From assembly GCA_013239625.1 (NCBI GenBank), contig MU053934.1:12061413-12125412 (forward strand): a stretch of 64,000 bases of DNA. The letters are read 5' to 3'. Below, piece by piece: positions 22,152 through 36,745 of the stretch. Source of the stretch: Lama guanicoe (Eukaryota). The position numbers and the translations under genes were made by a program. Positions within the stretch are counted from its first letter, which is position 1, and each line of letters begins with the position of its first letter. The notes beneath the pieces are model-generated. The model saw only the letters and a list, made by a program, of their open reading frames with translations, was not told where the DNA came from and did no database searches.

Positions 22152-24421
22152 AACCTCAAATGCCCTCAAATGCCCTTTCCTGGGGCCTGTCCCCAACAAG
22201 TGGGTTTGAGAGCTGTTGCCTTTCTAGGGTGGGGCTTGGCCCCACTGGGTCCTGCAGCTGCCTCCCCTGCAGACCCAGACGGCCTGAGGTTTGACTTCCT
22301 CTGCAGCCCCCTGCCCAGCCCGACCCCCGCCCTTGGAAGCCCCAGTGCAGCCCTTTCCCTCCCAGCTTCCTGGAGCACGCTGGGGTGGGAGGGCCAGGCC
22401 TATTCTCTTTTCCAGGCTGCCTCCAGGGATGTGAGCTGAGGGGGAGGCGTGCCCAGCAACGTGCCTAATCCCCAGCAGAGCCAGGACGCAGCCCACTCGC
22501 TGAGCCGGCCAGGGCTGTTTCCCTGCAGGGCGGGTGTGCCCCTCCCCCACCCCTGCCCATCCAGGGCACAGACTAGGGCGTCTAGGTGGCGGCCGGTGCC
22601 GGGGCTGGGTCCCTCTGCTGGGGTCGGTTGGCCTCTGGGTCCATTTGCCACGTGGAGCCAGGATGGCCAGGCCCTGGGACACTGGTTGAATGACAAAGCC
22701 CACCGCCCTCCCGGGAGAGACTCCTGTCAGGGCCGGTGGGCCTCAAACGCCAGGCCCTGGTGGAGCGGGGAGTCGTGGTGAGCCCGGTGGACAGGGCTGC
22801 TCTGGCCGCTGGCACGTGCCCTGCGCCTGCTGCGCGCTCCCCGCTGCCCCGCGCCGCGACCTGCCTGTCCCGGGACTCCGTGTGCGGCAGGAACAGGGCG
22901 TGGGTCTGCTCAGGGTGCCGGGCGGCGGCCGCGCACCGCCAGACAAGAGCCCGTTGTGTCCCCAGGAGCCCCTGCCGCGACCCCCACTTCCCTCTGCTCC
23001 TGCCCCACACCGCGATCCCATCCCCACCATCCCTGGCCCCAGTCGCCTAGCACCCCCTGCTCTGTCCAGCCTCGCCCACCACCCATCCCTTCGCCCCAGC
23101 CTCTCCCCTGCTCCGCCCCCGCTACACCGCCCCGCCTCTAGCCCGGCCCCTAGTGCACCGCCACCACCCCGCACCGCCCAACAGCCCACCGACCCCCACT
23201 CCCCACTGCAGTCCCTGCCTTTATCACCCGCTGCCCTCTGGACCAGAGACCCAGGCATCACAGTCGCCAGAACAGACTCCGTGCTACTCCCGCTCCCCTC
23301 GTCCAGCCCAGGCTGGGCGTCCCCCAGGACCCGGGACACTCCCACCGACCACCCCAGGCCTGCGTCAGGGTCCGGAGAGCAGAGCCCCTCAGGCTGCAGG
23401 GGACCAACTTTTCATCTGAGGGGGCCTGAGAATAGTGTAGGCCTGGGTTGCGGGAGAGTCCTGGGGAACAGGTGCAGGCCATGGGCACTGGCCACACTGC
23501 TGCCCGGAGCCATGGTGGTCCAGCTACATTGGCTGGTGGGAAGCCTGTGGGTGGCGGGCATCTGGGCTGCTGGACTTTCCAGGGGAGAGGGCTCTGCAGG
23601 CTGCAGGTCACAAAAGACATAGGCCACAGATCAGGGCACGTGGGTCCACATGGGCCCTTTGAGGTCCTGACTCAGCACCCACGTGGGTCAGGCACATGGG
23701 ACCAAGGCATCCTTGCACACAGGCACACATGGCTTGCAGGTGTCTTGGCCATCCATGCGCATGCCTGGCCCCAGCACAGCCGCAGGTCCCGTCCCTGCCC
23801 ACACAGACGCCCACACCTCTCCAGCCCTGCAGGCTGGTGTAGGGGCTCACACAGAGGGCTCTCCCAGTGCCCCTTGGACAAACTGCGGGGCAGGGAGTCA
23901 GAAGAGGCTGAGAGGGTTGCCCGTGGGCAAGGGTGACCAGGACGGCTCCAGTGACAAGTGGCAGTGGGTGTCCCCATCAACCGCAGGGGAGCCCGGAGAA
24001 CAAGGTAGACATGGGGCTGGTCTGAGCTGCGGGGCTGATGAGGAGCTGAGGGGTGACTTCGCACAGGTGCCCGGCCAGGCCTGCTCCCCAGGGAGCCTCG
24101 GCGCTGTGGAAGCCCATTCCAGGCCCTGGCTGCTGAGAGACAAGGCTGTGGAGAGCCTGAGGGCACAGCCAGTGCGTGCCACTGGTGGGAGGGCCCTGGG
24201 TGGCTCAAGGAGGGAGGGGTGGCCATGTCTCCACAGCCTCTTCCTGCTCCCCACCCTTACCCTAGCTGTGAGGCCCCTCTCTGTGCCAAGTCTAGCAAGG
24301 GCCTGGGGTGGGCGGTACTGCCCAGCTCACGCAGACTGGGGCAGGCGAGGGGGAGGACAGTATCCTTGCAGGCTTGGCCCACACAGGCCAAGAACTGGCC
24401 ATGTAGAACCGGTCTGACCAG

Positions 24422-24470
<49 letters not shown>
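24422..24470. repeat. Compound microsatellite (CG)7(TG)14
   Basis: Uninterrupted purine/pyrimidine alternation over 49 bp. Confidence 0.95.
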
Positions 24471-24472
<2 letters not shown>

Positions 24473-27400
24473 CTGGGACCTGGCCAGGAGGCAGGTGGAA
24501 CATAGGCCACAGCTTGCATCATGGGCATCACCCTGGGGCACCTGCCCAGCGGCCCAGCCTTGAAGGGGTGGAGGATGGGCAAATGGGCGTCGGCTCCACA
24601 CCCTTCACTCCTCAGAGACAGCAGAGACAGGGACAGGGACAGGGACAGGGGAGGCCAAGTTTGGCCTGGGGCCTGGCTACCGGTGGTGCCAAGACCCAGC
24701 TCCATAGCCCCCTTCCCAGCTCTGCCCACCCCACGCTCAGCCCAAGGGCAGTCTGGCCAGTGCCCTCCAGAGCCCTTGAACTTACTGAGGGCAGGGCCAG
24801 TCTCGGTGTGCTGGGCAGACGGGCTGCCCTGCTCTGGTGAGCCTGGGGCCACCAGTGGCCAGGTCAGCTGAAGGGTCCCCACACTGCCTCACTGAGCAGC
24901 TCCAGGTCCAGGCAGGCAGCTGGGCCAGTCACCTCTGCTGGGTCCCTGGTGTCCTGGCAGGTGGGACTTCAAGAGGGCAGACCCTCCACTAAGGCCCTCT
25001 GGCCACTGCTCTGCCCAGTTCGCCTCCTGCCCCCGCTGTGGGCTCCTTCCCACCGGCTCTGCTTCCCTCGGGCCTCACTACACCAAGACCCAGCACTCTT
25101 GGCCTGGGTCCACCCCTTAAACAGGGAACGGCCCTTGGCCAGTTGTGAGGATGCCCCTGTCCCTGCTGCCGGGCCTCCGGGCCTGGACTGGCCTTGGGTT
25201 CCGGACCACCCACCCCAGCTCCCTACCTCTCCCCACCAGCCCCTGTCCTGGTGACCCCCTGCCCTTGGTTTTCTAGCCTGTGAGCTGGGCAGCACTGCCC
25301 AACCCAGGCTGGCAGCTGGGGCCTAGCCAGTTTCCTGCACCCCGAACCTCCATTTCCCCACCTGTAAATGAAGATCAGGAGGACCGCGTGCCCCACCCCT
25401 ATGGGCAAGTCCCCACCCCCTGGGGAGCAGGCTCTCCCCTCTCCTCTGTCTGTCCTCCCCCTGGTCCCCCGCAGAGATGCCAGTAACTGGATCCCGGAGC
25501 TGGACCGACAGCCCCCAGGCTGGAGCTAGTCCCTGCGGCTGCCCCCAGAGCCAGTTCCGGACTGCACACGCTCCGTCAGTTGCCCAGTCTGGCCCAGCCC
25601 AGGGCTCTGACCCTTCAGAAGAGGCAGCCCGGGGGCCAGTGTATGTCAGCACCTACAGGGGGAGAGCATTGGCAGAGGGGTCCCATGCTGCCAGGGTGGG
25701 AGAGGTGAGAGAGGGTCACTTGGAGCTGGGAGGCGCCCACCAGGCACCTCCCGCCCCTGGCACCTGCCCTGCAGCCCCATCTTGTAGCTGCGAGGACTGA
25801 GATCCGGAAGCTCTGCCTTCTCTCCACAGTCAAGAGGGAGCCACGGAGAGGTTCTGAGCAAGGGAGTGGTGTGCTTTGAGCAGAAGGAGGCTCCAGACTG
25901 ATGCTGCATCAGAGGGAATGGAGAGGTGGAAGGGCCTGGGGGCTGGACTCGGGGGTCCCGGTGTGGGGCAGGAGGGGGATCAGGGCCAGGACAGTAGTGG
26001 GGGCCCTGTGTCAGCTCGTTCTCCTGCCTGCTGGGTGGCTCCAGAGCAGTGGACTCGCCCACCTGGGAGGGACTCCAGGGCCGGGTCGAAACCCCACACT
26101 GGCACGTCCCAGAAACCGTGTGTCAGCATCTCCCCTCCTGCCCAGGCTGCCAGTCAAGCCGCTCAGGGCACACCCAGATAGGGGTGGTGGAGACAGAGGT
26201 GGCGGGTGAGGGCCAGAGGGCTGGTGTGGGGCGTGCCCATGGGGCTGGGGGCTAGGAGAGGAATGGGGCCAGGCTAGCACAGATACAGGGAGAGCAAAGG
26301 TGGAGGCCCCCTAGGCTGGCCAGGGATGAGGGCACATGCAGCCCCCTATCAGATCCAGCACCAGCAGCGCGGGTGGTGGCTGAAGGCCCCGCTTCACAGC
26401 TAGGAAGCCCTGGTCCCAGCCCCACCAGGGGCTGGGCTGCTGTGCTGTTGACCAAGGAGCTACTAGGGCAGCGTCCCGGGACATACTGGCACAACTCACT
26501 TGGGGCCTCTGTCCTGAGCCTGGCCAGACCCTGGGAGGGCAGGCCCTAAAGAGGCAGAGGGCGCTGGCGCAGGGCCCTGGCAGCGATACACCCCACCCGG
26601 CCCATGGTGGGGGGCACGCTCTGCGGCTGGCTGTGAGGGAGCTGTCCCCCGGGAACCAGGGCCCAGCTGGCAGGAGAGTGACCTGTGTCCTGTACCCTCA
26701 GGGCCCAGTGGGGAGGTCAGAGTCGGGGCAGAAGCCGGCCTGGCCCAGAGCAGCAGGGAGCAGGAGGTGCTGGTGGCTCGGGAAGGAAATTTCCTGGGGG
26801 CGGAGAACTGAGTGAGAGCGCAGGCTCCCCCCTGTTCTCCCCACTGCTCTGTGATGGCGCAGCCGCCTGCCCACTGGCGGCACTGGTGGCCGCCCGCCCC
26901 CCGCAGGCAGCCCAGGGACGTGCCCACTGCGAGGGCGGGGGTGAGGGCAGGCTTCGAGGCGCCCTCCCTGGTGTGCTTCTGCCTGCACTCTCTCACCTTC
27001 ACCCTCCACTGCTGTCCCCTGCCCTGGTCACCCACCCTCAGGACTTGGCCTCCTGCACGGCCGTGTCCACCTCCGTATGCAGCCTGGCCTCCTCCCGGTC
27101 TTCCTAGGGAGTGGCCCCCCCAGCTGCTCCGAGGAGAAATGGCTCTGACCCTGGAGTGAGGCACTCATGCCCGCAGTGGGCAAGGCCCACAGGGGTTTGT
27201 GAGGTCCTGTCCCCAACCCCACTGTGGGGTGTGGGTAGGGCAGGCGAGATGGCCTCTTCTGGGCATCTGGACAGTGGGAAGGTTGGCCAGATCCCGGGTC
27301 TCCAGCCATTGGCCACACCCAGGTGCAGCTTGCTGATCTCCATTCTCCAGTGGGTGGGAAGGCTTCACCTTCACCCCCTGGGGAGGAGGGTACCCATGCT

Positions 27401-30400
27401 GCAAGCCAGGAGGCTGCCTGGTGGTGGTGTCTGACCAGGCTTGGGAGGAGAGAGAAGGCAGTACCAGAGGGGCACAGGCACGGAGGGACAGCTGCATGAA
27501 TGTGTCTATCGCGTGTGTCTGCACGCCACCTACCCAGTCTGCACGGGCCAGCTGGCTGCGTGCGCGCACACCTGTGTGCTCACCTGTGAACAGGTGTGTT
27601 GCTGCCTGGGCTCTGACCCCAGCTGACTAGCCGCTGGGGCTCCTCCTGGCCAGTTGGGCCCCTCCTCACTCCTGGGCCCTGGAACATCCACGGCACCACC
27701 GCCTCTTCCAGGAAGCTGGTGGGAGTGAGCAAGGGGCATTTAGGGAGGAGCTGGGCAAGAGTCAGGGGTGTCCCCTCGACAGAGGCCCATTCAGCTTCTA
27801 GGCTGGCAGGGGCCTCTCCCCACCGCCTACCCCCTCTCCCTCTGCGGCCTGTCACTTCCTGGGAATAAGGAAAGGGCCCTGAGGCTGGAAACAAGCCACT
27901 TCTACTGAACTGCATGCTCTCCCCAGGTCACTCAGGGCCTGGGGGTCAGAGCGCAGGGGGAGCCCTGGGCAGAGACAGGGTCAGGGCAGGGCTCCCCTGG
28001 GACCTCGGTGGGCCCTTGGACTCCCCCAGCCCTTGTTAGGGCCTACACTCAGGGTGCTGGCCCAGAGCTGCAGCAGCCGCAGCTGGCCCTGAATCCCTCC
28101 TCCTGTAGCTGCTCTGACGCCTCCCACCCCCCAGGACACTGTGAGCCAGGACGGGGTGTCGCCTGACTCCGCTCTTCCTCCCTCACGGGACTGGCCAGCA
28201 ACAACTGGGTACTGACATCCTCCAATGGGCACCGTTCTGCGCCTGCTGCGTCCTGGAACCTGCATGCCCAGGTGCCTCTCAGTGCCCCTCGCAGGCTGGC
28301 CCTGGGGAGGCTCCTGGGAGCCAGACCTGGTCTTTCCAGCAAAAGCCACAGCGAGGAGAGTCTGGAAAGCAACACGGGCTGGAGGGGAGCCCGGCCTCCC
28401 AGGCTCATGCGGCAGGCTTGCCCCTGCCCTGGCCTGGCTCCACATCCACCAGGGTCCAGCCCCTCCCGCAGGCCTGGGTCCACTCCCGGCAGGCACGGAT
28501 GGAGAGGGTAGGCTGAGGCGCAGGTCCAGGGAGCTTCATGCACCGCATGTGCCTCCAGGGTAGGAGCGCCATGAAGACCGCCCTCACCGGTGCAGTTCCT
28601 GCCCTTCTCCCAGCGGCAGAAGTTGGGGCCATGTTATGTCTTCCTTGGGACTCGCGGAACCCCCCACCCCGATGCCAGGTGTAGGGGCTCTCTCCCAGCT
28701 CTCTGATTCTGAATCATTAAAGAAGGCGACCCACGGGGACTGAGGCACCCAGGCTCTTGGGCTCTAAGCTGCGTGGGTGCTGCCTGGGGCTGGCAGGGAG
28801 GGGCCAGGTCGAGCCTGACCTGAAACCATCATGTGTTCCGCCCTGCTTGTTTCCAAGCCTGATCTGTTCTTGGGCAGGGCTCATGTCCTGGCAGCAGCAC
28901 TCTCCTACCTGCCTGGCCAGGCCAGTTGCCACCCACAGGCTGGTCCTTCCTCTGAGGCCCCCGCATCCCTCTCCTCATTCCCCCACCGGCCACTGCTCTC
29001 CCTGTGACGTGGTGTGAAAGCAATGCCTGCCAAGGGTGGAGCGGGGTGCCTGAGCGTGCCGAGCACAGGGCGGGTGTGCAGCAGGTGCCCGCTGAGTGCG
29101 TGTCCCCAAGGCCATCACTGTGTCCTGACCCATGTGACCAGGCCCCGCAGTCGGCTCTGGAGATCCTGGCGGTGCGTCTGTAGGGACAGTTCCTCCAGGG
29201 CCTGAGTGTGGTCTGAGCCCAGCCCAGACCAGCCCTGGGATGAATGAAACCCTCCCAAGACGCCATCCCCGCCGCAGGCCCTGGGCCCCCAGGTCCCCGA
29301 GGCTCCTCGGACTCAGGTCAGCAGTCCCTTCCCCTCTGCGGGGGCCTTGTGACTGGCTCCAAACTGCAAGCTCCGCCCCGCAACCCTTGACCTGCTGTGG
29401 TTCCCACCTGGCTGAGTGTCCCCCATGCCCTCCCCATTCTGGTTCATCCTCAGAGACTCAGCTGGACTGGGCCTCCTCCTACAGGAAGCCCCCACATGGG
29501 ACCCACTGCCTGCCTGGCTCCTGGACCCAGCCCATGGGAGCCGCATGCAAATCAAAGGCAAACACAGGCAGGCTGCCCCAGCTTCCGGCTCTTCGGGATC
29601 CCCCTCCGAGGCCCTTTCTGTGTCTCATCCTTGTCTGCAGCCTGGGGGCTGGAGCAGAGGGGTGGGGAGCCTGTCCAGCCTAAGCACCAAATGCAGACCG
29701 CTTGATTCTCCCTGGCCGGGGTCTTAGAGGCTGCACCTGCTCCTGGGGTCGGGGCACAGGGCTCCTGCGAGGGCAGCCCTGCCGCCCACAGCCCCAGGTG
29801 GACTAAGCCTCTGGGGTGAGCCGGAGGCGCACATGGGGCAGCCCTCACCCAGTCCTGTCCAGGCGTGGCTCCTTGACCTTGAGGGTCTTGGTGCAGAGAA
29901 GGTGGAGCTGCTGGAGTCTGCTGGGCCCCACCCCCAGCACCCTCATCCCAGGAAGCCCCTGGACTTGACCTTTGAAATCTGGGGTCTATGCCCACAACAC
30001 AGCTAGAGCCTCCACAGCCACATCTATTAGGCACCTACTGTGTGCCCTGAGAAGCATCTCACAGACATCTAATTGGATCCTCTCCCTGGTCCTGCACAGA
30101 GGTGATCAGAGTCCCCATGACGGGGAGACCCAGGCAGGGGGTAGGGTGAGATGTGTGAGACCCCAAGAAAGTGGCCAGGGAGCTGGTCCAGTGCAAAGGC
30201 TGTGCCTGCTGTACAGTGGCGGCCTGGCCCCGGTCCCAGGCCAAAGCGGCTCAGAGGAGAGGGGCCCCGTGGGCCCAGGGCGATCTCCACTGGGTAGCCA
30301 CTGCACCCACCACTGCCACCCCCAAGGCTGGGTTGGGAGTTCCAGCCCAGCTGCCTTTGGGTTTGGGGCGCTGGGAACCCAGCCTCGCTCTGAATTAGGC

Positions 30401-33400
30401 CTGGGTGCATCCACAGTGTCACCTCTGGTTTTCCAGGGCTCCCGGGCCAAGAGTCCAGGTGTCTGCGGCCAGTCTGCAGACGGCTCATAGGCTGAATTCT
30501 CTACAGGGGCAGCAGGTGGGGTGCCAAGAGAGAACGTGCCCTTGAACTTGGGCCAGCCTGGCCTTGGGTCAGGCCAGCCTGGGGTTTCCTGGGCAGGGAG
30601 ACCAGAGTTCTCCCAGGCCTCCGCCCACCGGCTCCCACTGATTCCCACCCCACCCCAGTCCAGGCCCTATCCGGCTTGCCTTCGGGGAACATTGCAAAAC
30701 CCTGGCTCAGCAATGCTGGCTCCCCTCCCCAGTAGGTGAGAGGCCAAGGCGGAGGCGAGGCCTGTGGAGGCCAGAGGGAAGGCCTCGCCCTCCCTCGGCC
30801 AGGCAGTGGCCCTATGCAGGGGCTGAGGGGGTACGGGGGTGCGCATGCCATGCTGCTCGCGAGCCAGACCAGGCTCCCAGAGCCCAGTTTGTGGTCAGGG
30901 CAGCGGTGGTGCAGGTAGATAGAAGCTGGGCTCTATCAAGCCGGGCCACGGGGGCAGGGCAGGGGGCAGGCCCAGGTGGGCCAGGGGTTCCTGCAGTGGG
31001 AATGGAGGCCAGATGGGGCTCGGGCGGATGGCTGTGACTGTGGAGCGAGTCACTGGGACTGACCCTGGTGGCCCAGGGCAGCCCTGGAGGATGGGAGGCG
31101 TGGCAAGGTGGTAAGCTGATGATGGCTGAGGGAGCACAGAGAGGGGCCGAGGAAAAGGCAGGGAGGCATGGTCTTGGTTGAGGTACCTGGAGAGGGTCAG
31201 GGCGGGCAAGATGAGCAAACCCGTGGGACCTCCAGGGGCAGCTGGAAGGGGGCCAACTGAGGAAGCCTTGGTTGTTGATATGGGGCTGAGGTGAACAAGG
31301 GGGATGAGGGCCGGTCCCCCGAGCTCCCTGGCTGGGATGCCCCAGCTCTGTGGCATGTTTATAAGTGTGTGATGCTCTGCATGTGTGCGTGTGTGTGTGT
31401 GTAGTGAGGGGACAGTGCGAGTGGAGGTCCAGGCTATCTGTCCTTTACCCACCCCTCCCTCCCTAATCTGAGGACAGCCTGGCTCCAGTCACCATGACAA
31501 CAGTGCACCCCTTCTGCTGGGTGCCGGAAAGTGACCTAGTGGTGCTGGCTGTGCTGGGCCCAGGTGGACTGTTTCCAGGGCGAAGGGAGGGGGTGTGCCC
31601 CCTCTGGTAGGATCCAAGCTGCTCTCCCCACTCAGGAAACACATGCCTTGAGAGAATGGGGACTTGAAGAGGCACCTAGCCCTGGTCTGAGGCTGTCCCG
31701 CTCAGCAGGATGGCCAAGTAGGTGGAGGTGCTCACCCCGCGCTGGCCCCAGCCTCCGGCACACTTGGTGGGGTGGGAGGGCAAGAGACAGGGCCTGGCTC
31801 TCTGCAGTCAGTGAGGCAGCCCTGCGCCTCAGCCCCAGCCGAGCCCTCCTGCTGGTGGCCTCTCCGTCCCGGAGAGGCCCCTGCTCTGCTGTTCGGGAAG
31901 TTGCTGACCTGGGTCTGGCCTGCCTGTGGGGCTCAGAGCTATTTTTAAGGCCCACCGGATGGGCCTTCCAGGAACCAGGAAAAAACAGGCAAGGCTTGGC
32001 CTCCTGCACTGCTGGGGATGTGGCTGGAGTCAGGGGTGTGGACCAGACCTGCAGGGAAGGGGTGGCCTGGGGTCACTTACCAAGGGCCATGCCTAGGGCA
32101 GAAGGGCAAAAGGCCTTTGAGTCTCAGGTTTGGATTTGCTTCCCTGCATGAGGAGGGTGGGGGGCTCCACCGCCAGGAGAACCCCTCAGAGCCTTGGTTT
32201 GCCAAGCTGAGAAATGGGCTGAATCACATCTATCTATAGGGTGGGGACAGGGTGAGGCTTGAATAGTGCTTGAGGAGACATAGACTCCATGTGGTCTCAC
32301 AAGCAGAGATTCCCAGCCCCCTGCCCCAGCCCACTCTTTGGGCCAGACTGGGCCTGAAAGAGGCCCCCACTGCAGAAGGACAGCCCCTGGTGAGGGGGTC
32401 TGGGTCCCTTCTGACCCTCAGGGAGCTCACAGTCCACGCAGAACACACACAACACATCTGTAACACACACCAGAGTCTGAGAGAGATGAAGGCCCTGAGG
32501 CAACCCCCACCTCAGAAAAGCAGCTGCCTCCTGCTCTGCTCTCCACACCTGGACAGGCCGGGGACCCCTCCCCACTCCCAGAGCCCTCTAGAAGCTCAGC
32601 CCACCTTCAGGGCTGGCAGTGGAAGGACACTGGCCTCACCCAGTTCCCAAGGAGACGGCACACTGTTCTGAGGTTGGGGGGGACTCCGGGTCTGGATCAA
32701 GACTCTGCAGCTGCTGGGTGCAGGATGCGGGCCTCCCAAGGCTGACTCCTAAGGCCAGGGAAGGTGGGCACACAGGCCAGGACACCTGGGGAGGACTGGC
32801 CTGGAGGGCCACACAGAGGCCTGGGGGGCTGGGAGTCCACTGGGGAGGCCACCAGGGACCTCAGCCCCTCTCGGCTGAGTTGGATCTGCCCTAAGAACCA
32901 CATATTGACACCCAGACCCAGACCACTCTCCAGCACTCCCACCCTCCCTAGCCCCTAGACGGGCTGTAGGTCCAGGAATCCAAGGAGGAAGGCTCTGAGG
33001 ACCATCCACTGGTCTTCCGGAAGACCCCACAAGAGAGCAGTGGTCCCTGGATTCCACCAAAGGGGCCGGCATCCTACCTTGGATCTGACCCTGAGGCGCC
33101 TGTCCTGGCCTGGGGCCCATGGTTAACCCTCAGCCCTAGCCGTGGCTCATGGGCCCATACACAGGAGAGTGGTGGACAGAGCGCCAGGAAGACAAGAACC
33201 TTAGAGCTGTACAATGGAGGGTTTGCTCTCTGCCCTGGGACAGGGATGGTGGCAGGAAGGGCTGTGACCTGGTGGAGGCTGGGTGTGCTGAGGAAGTCAG
33301 CAGGCTGACTAGAGCCCCTGAGGCAATGCTTGGATGAGGTCACACCTGAAGGTGACCCCAGATGGGCCCAGGGACGTGGCTGCAAAGGTCAGATCCCATT

Positions 33401-34863
33401 CTGGCCCCCAGAGATGACAGGGAGCACCTGCAACGCCAGAAAGACCAGCACCTTGGCCTCCTGGCTCCTCCAACCCTCAACCCTCTCTGGGATGGCTGTG
33501 GGAAGCAATGAATGTCTTGGGTTCAGCCACTGGGGCTAGCAGACGGCTGCTCACTTGAGTCCTGAATTGTTTAGGCCAGTGACCTTGGGCTGAGGTCGGC
33601 AAGCAACCAGAGGTGTTAGATGAGTCTGTGCAGTACAGAACGCAGAGGACAGGATCAGGTCCACAGCAAGGTCGTGAAGACCTGGGTTGGCTCGGGCCCT
33701 AGCAGTGACGGTCAAGGTGGGCTCCCAAGTAGAGGCGTACAGCAGCTGGGCATGGAGGACAGCTGGGTGAGTGGAGAGTAGGCGAGGGCGCTCTAGCCAC
33801 GGGGACAGCAGGGCAAAGGTTCCAGGGCGGGAGGCATGGTCAGGGAGGGCCCTCGGGCTGCGGGCTTGAGGTCAAGCCAGGGTCAGAACCACCGGCTGGG
33901 GTGGGCAGGGTGGAGTCCCAACCCACACAGGGGCTGCGTGTCCTGCGGCTGCCGCCGAGCGGGGACCCCAGGGAGCCGCGCGCCCGCGGCGCCAAGCTAC
34001 TCGCGCTCGGGGGTGCATGGACTGCCCAGGAGACACGCGCACGGCCCGGAGCGGCGGGGCACGTCTTCTACACCCCACCGCTCCCCAGGACACCGCCGCC
34101 ACGTTCACCAACCGGCTGCTCGCGCCCGACCGGTGTAGCGGGTGACCTTCTTGCCGCGGCCTGGGGCGGGGTCTGGTAGGCCCCGCCCCTCAAGCGCGCC
34201 TCCATTGGCTGGGCCCTGTGCCCTTTGCAAACACCGGCTCCCATTGGCTCCTGCAGCCCCGCCCTGTACGCCTGAGCCACCGCCCGCGAGGGAGCTGCGC
34301 GTGCGCGGGCGCGTGTGTGACCATGGAGGAGAGGTGACGCGCCACGCTGCGCCGTGCGCCTCCGCCGCTCCGCTCCCGCCAGCTAGTCCCAGGCGGTTTG
34401 CCGCGCCCCCCCGCCCACCGGCTCCCGCCCACTACGGAAGGCGCGCCGGACTCGTCCGGCTGTCTCCTCGGCCGCGCGCGCGGGTTTCAGAGGAGCCCCG
34501 AGCCGCGCGACCCCGGCGAAGGGGGCGGGGTCTCGGGTCTCCCCGCCCGCGCGGAGGGATACGCGCGACCGCGGCCCAAAAACCCCGGGCGAGGCGGCCG
34601 GGGCGTGTGAGCGGCTCGGCCTGCTGCGTGTCCTCGCGGTCTACGCGGGGTTGGCCGGGCACTGTGCCGCGCGGACGGCCTCGCCTGAGCGAGCCCGCGC
34701 TCCGAGGCCGGCGCTTCGGGCACGCCCGCCTGCTGTCCGGATAGGAGCCCCGTGCGGCCCGGGAAGGCCGCCCGGCCGCGTCCGCGTCCGCGGCCGCGCG
34801 GGGAGCCGGGCCGGGCAAGAGGCGGCGCGGAGGCCGGGGGCCCGCGCCCCGCCGCCGCCCGCG

Positions 34864-36745
<1,882 letters not shown>

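Noticed and set aside
22582..23010. CpG-rich patch with a protein-looking minus ORF (LLGTQRALVWRCAAAARHPEQTHALFLP)
   Set aside because: No polypyrimidine acceptor, no partner exons and no recognisable family; more likely regulatory.
6000..33800. Many long ORFs (e.g. 10998-11783, 16231-17145, 22690-23622, 23683-24417)
   Set aside because: Pro/Gly/Ala/Arg-rich, overlapping in several frames on both strands, with no domain motifs or exon chain. Expected from stop-codon scarcity in GC-rich DNA.
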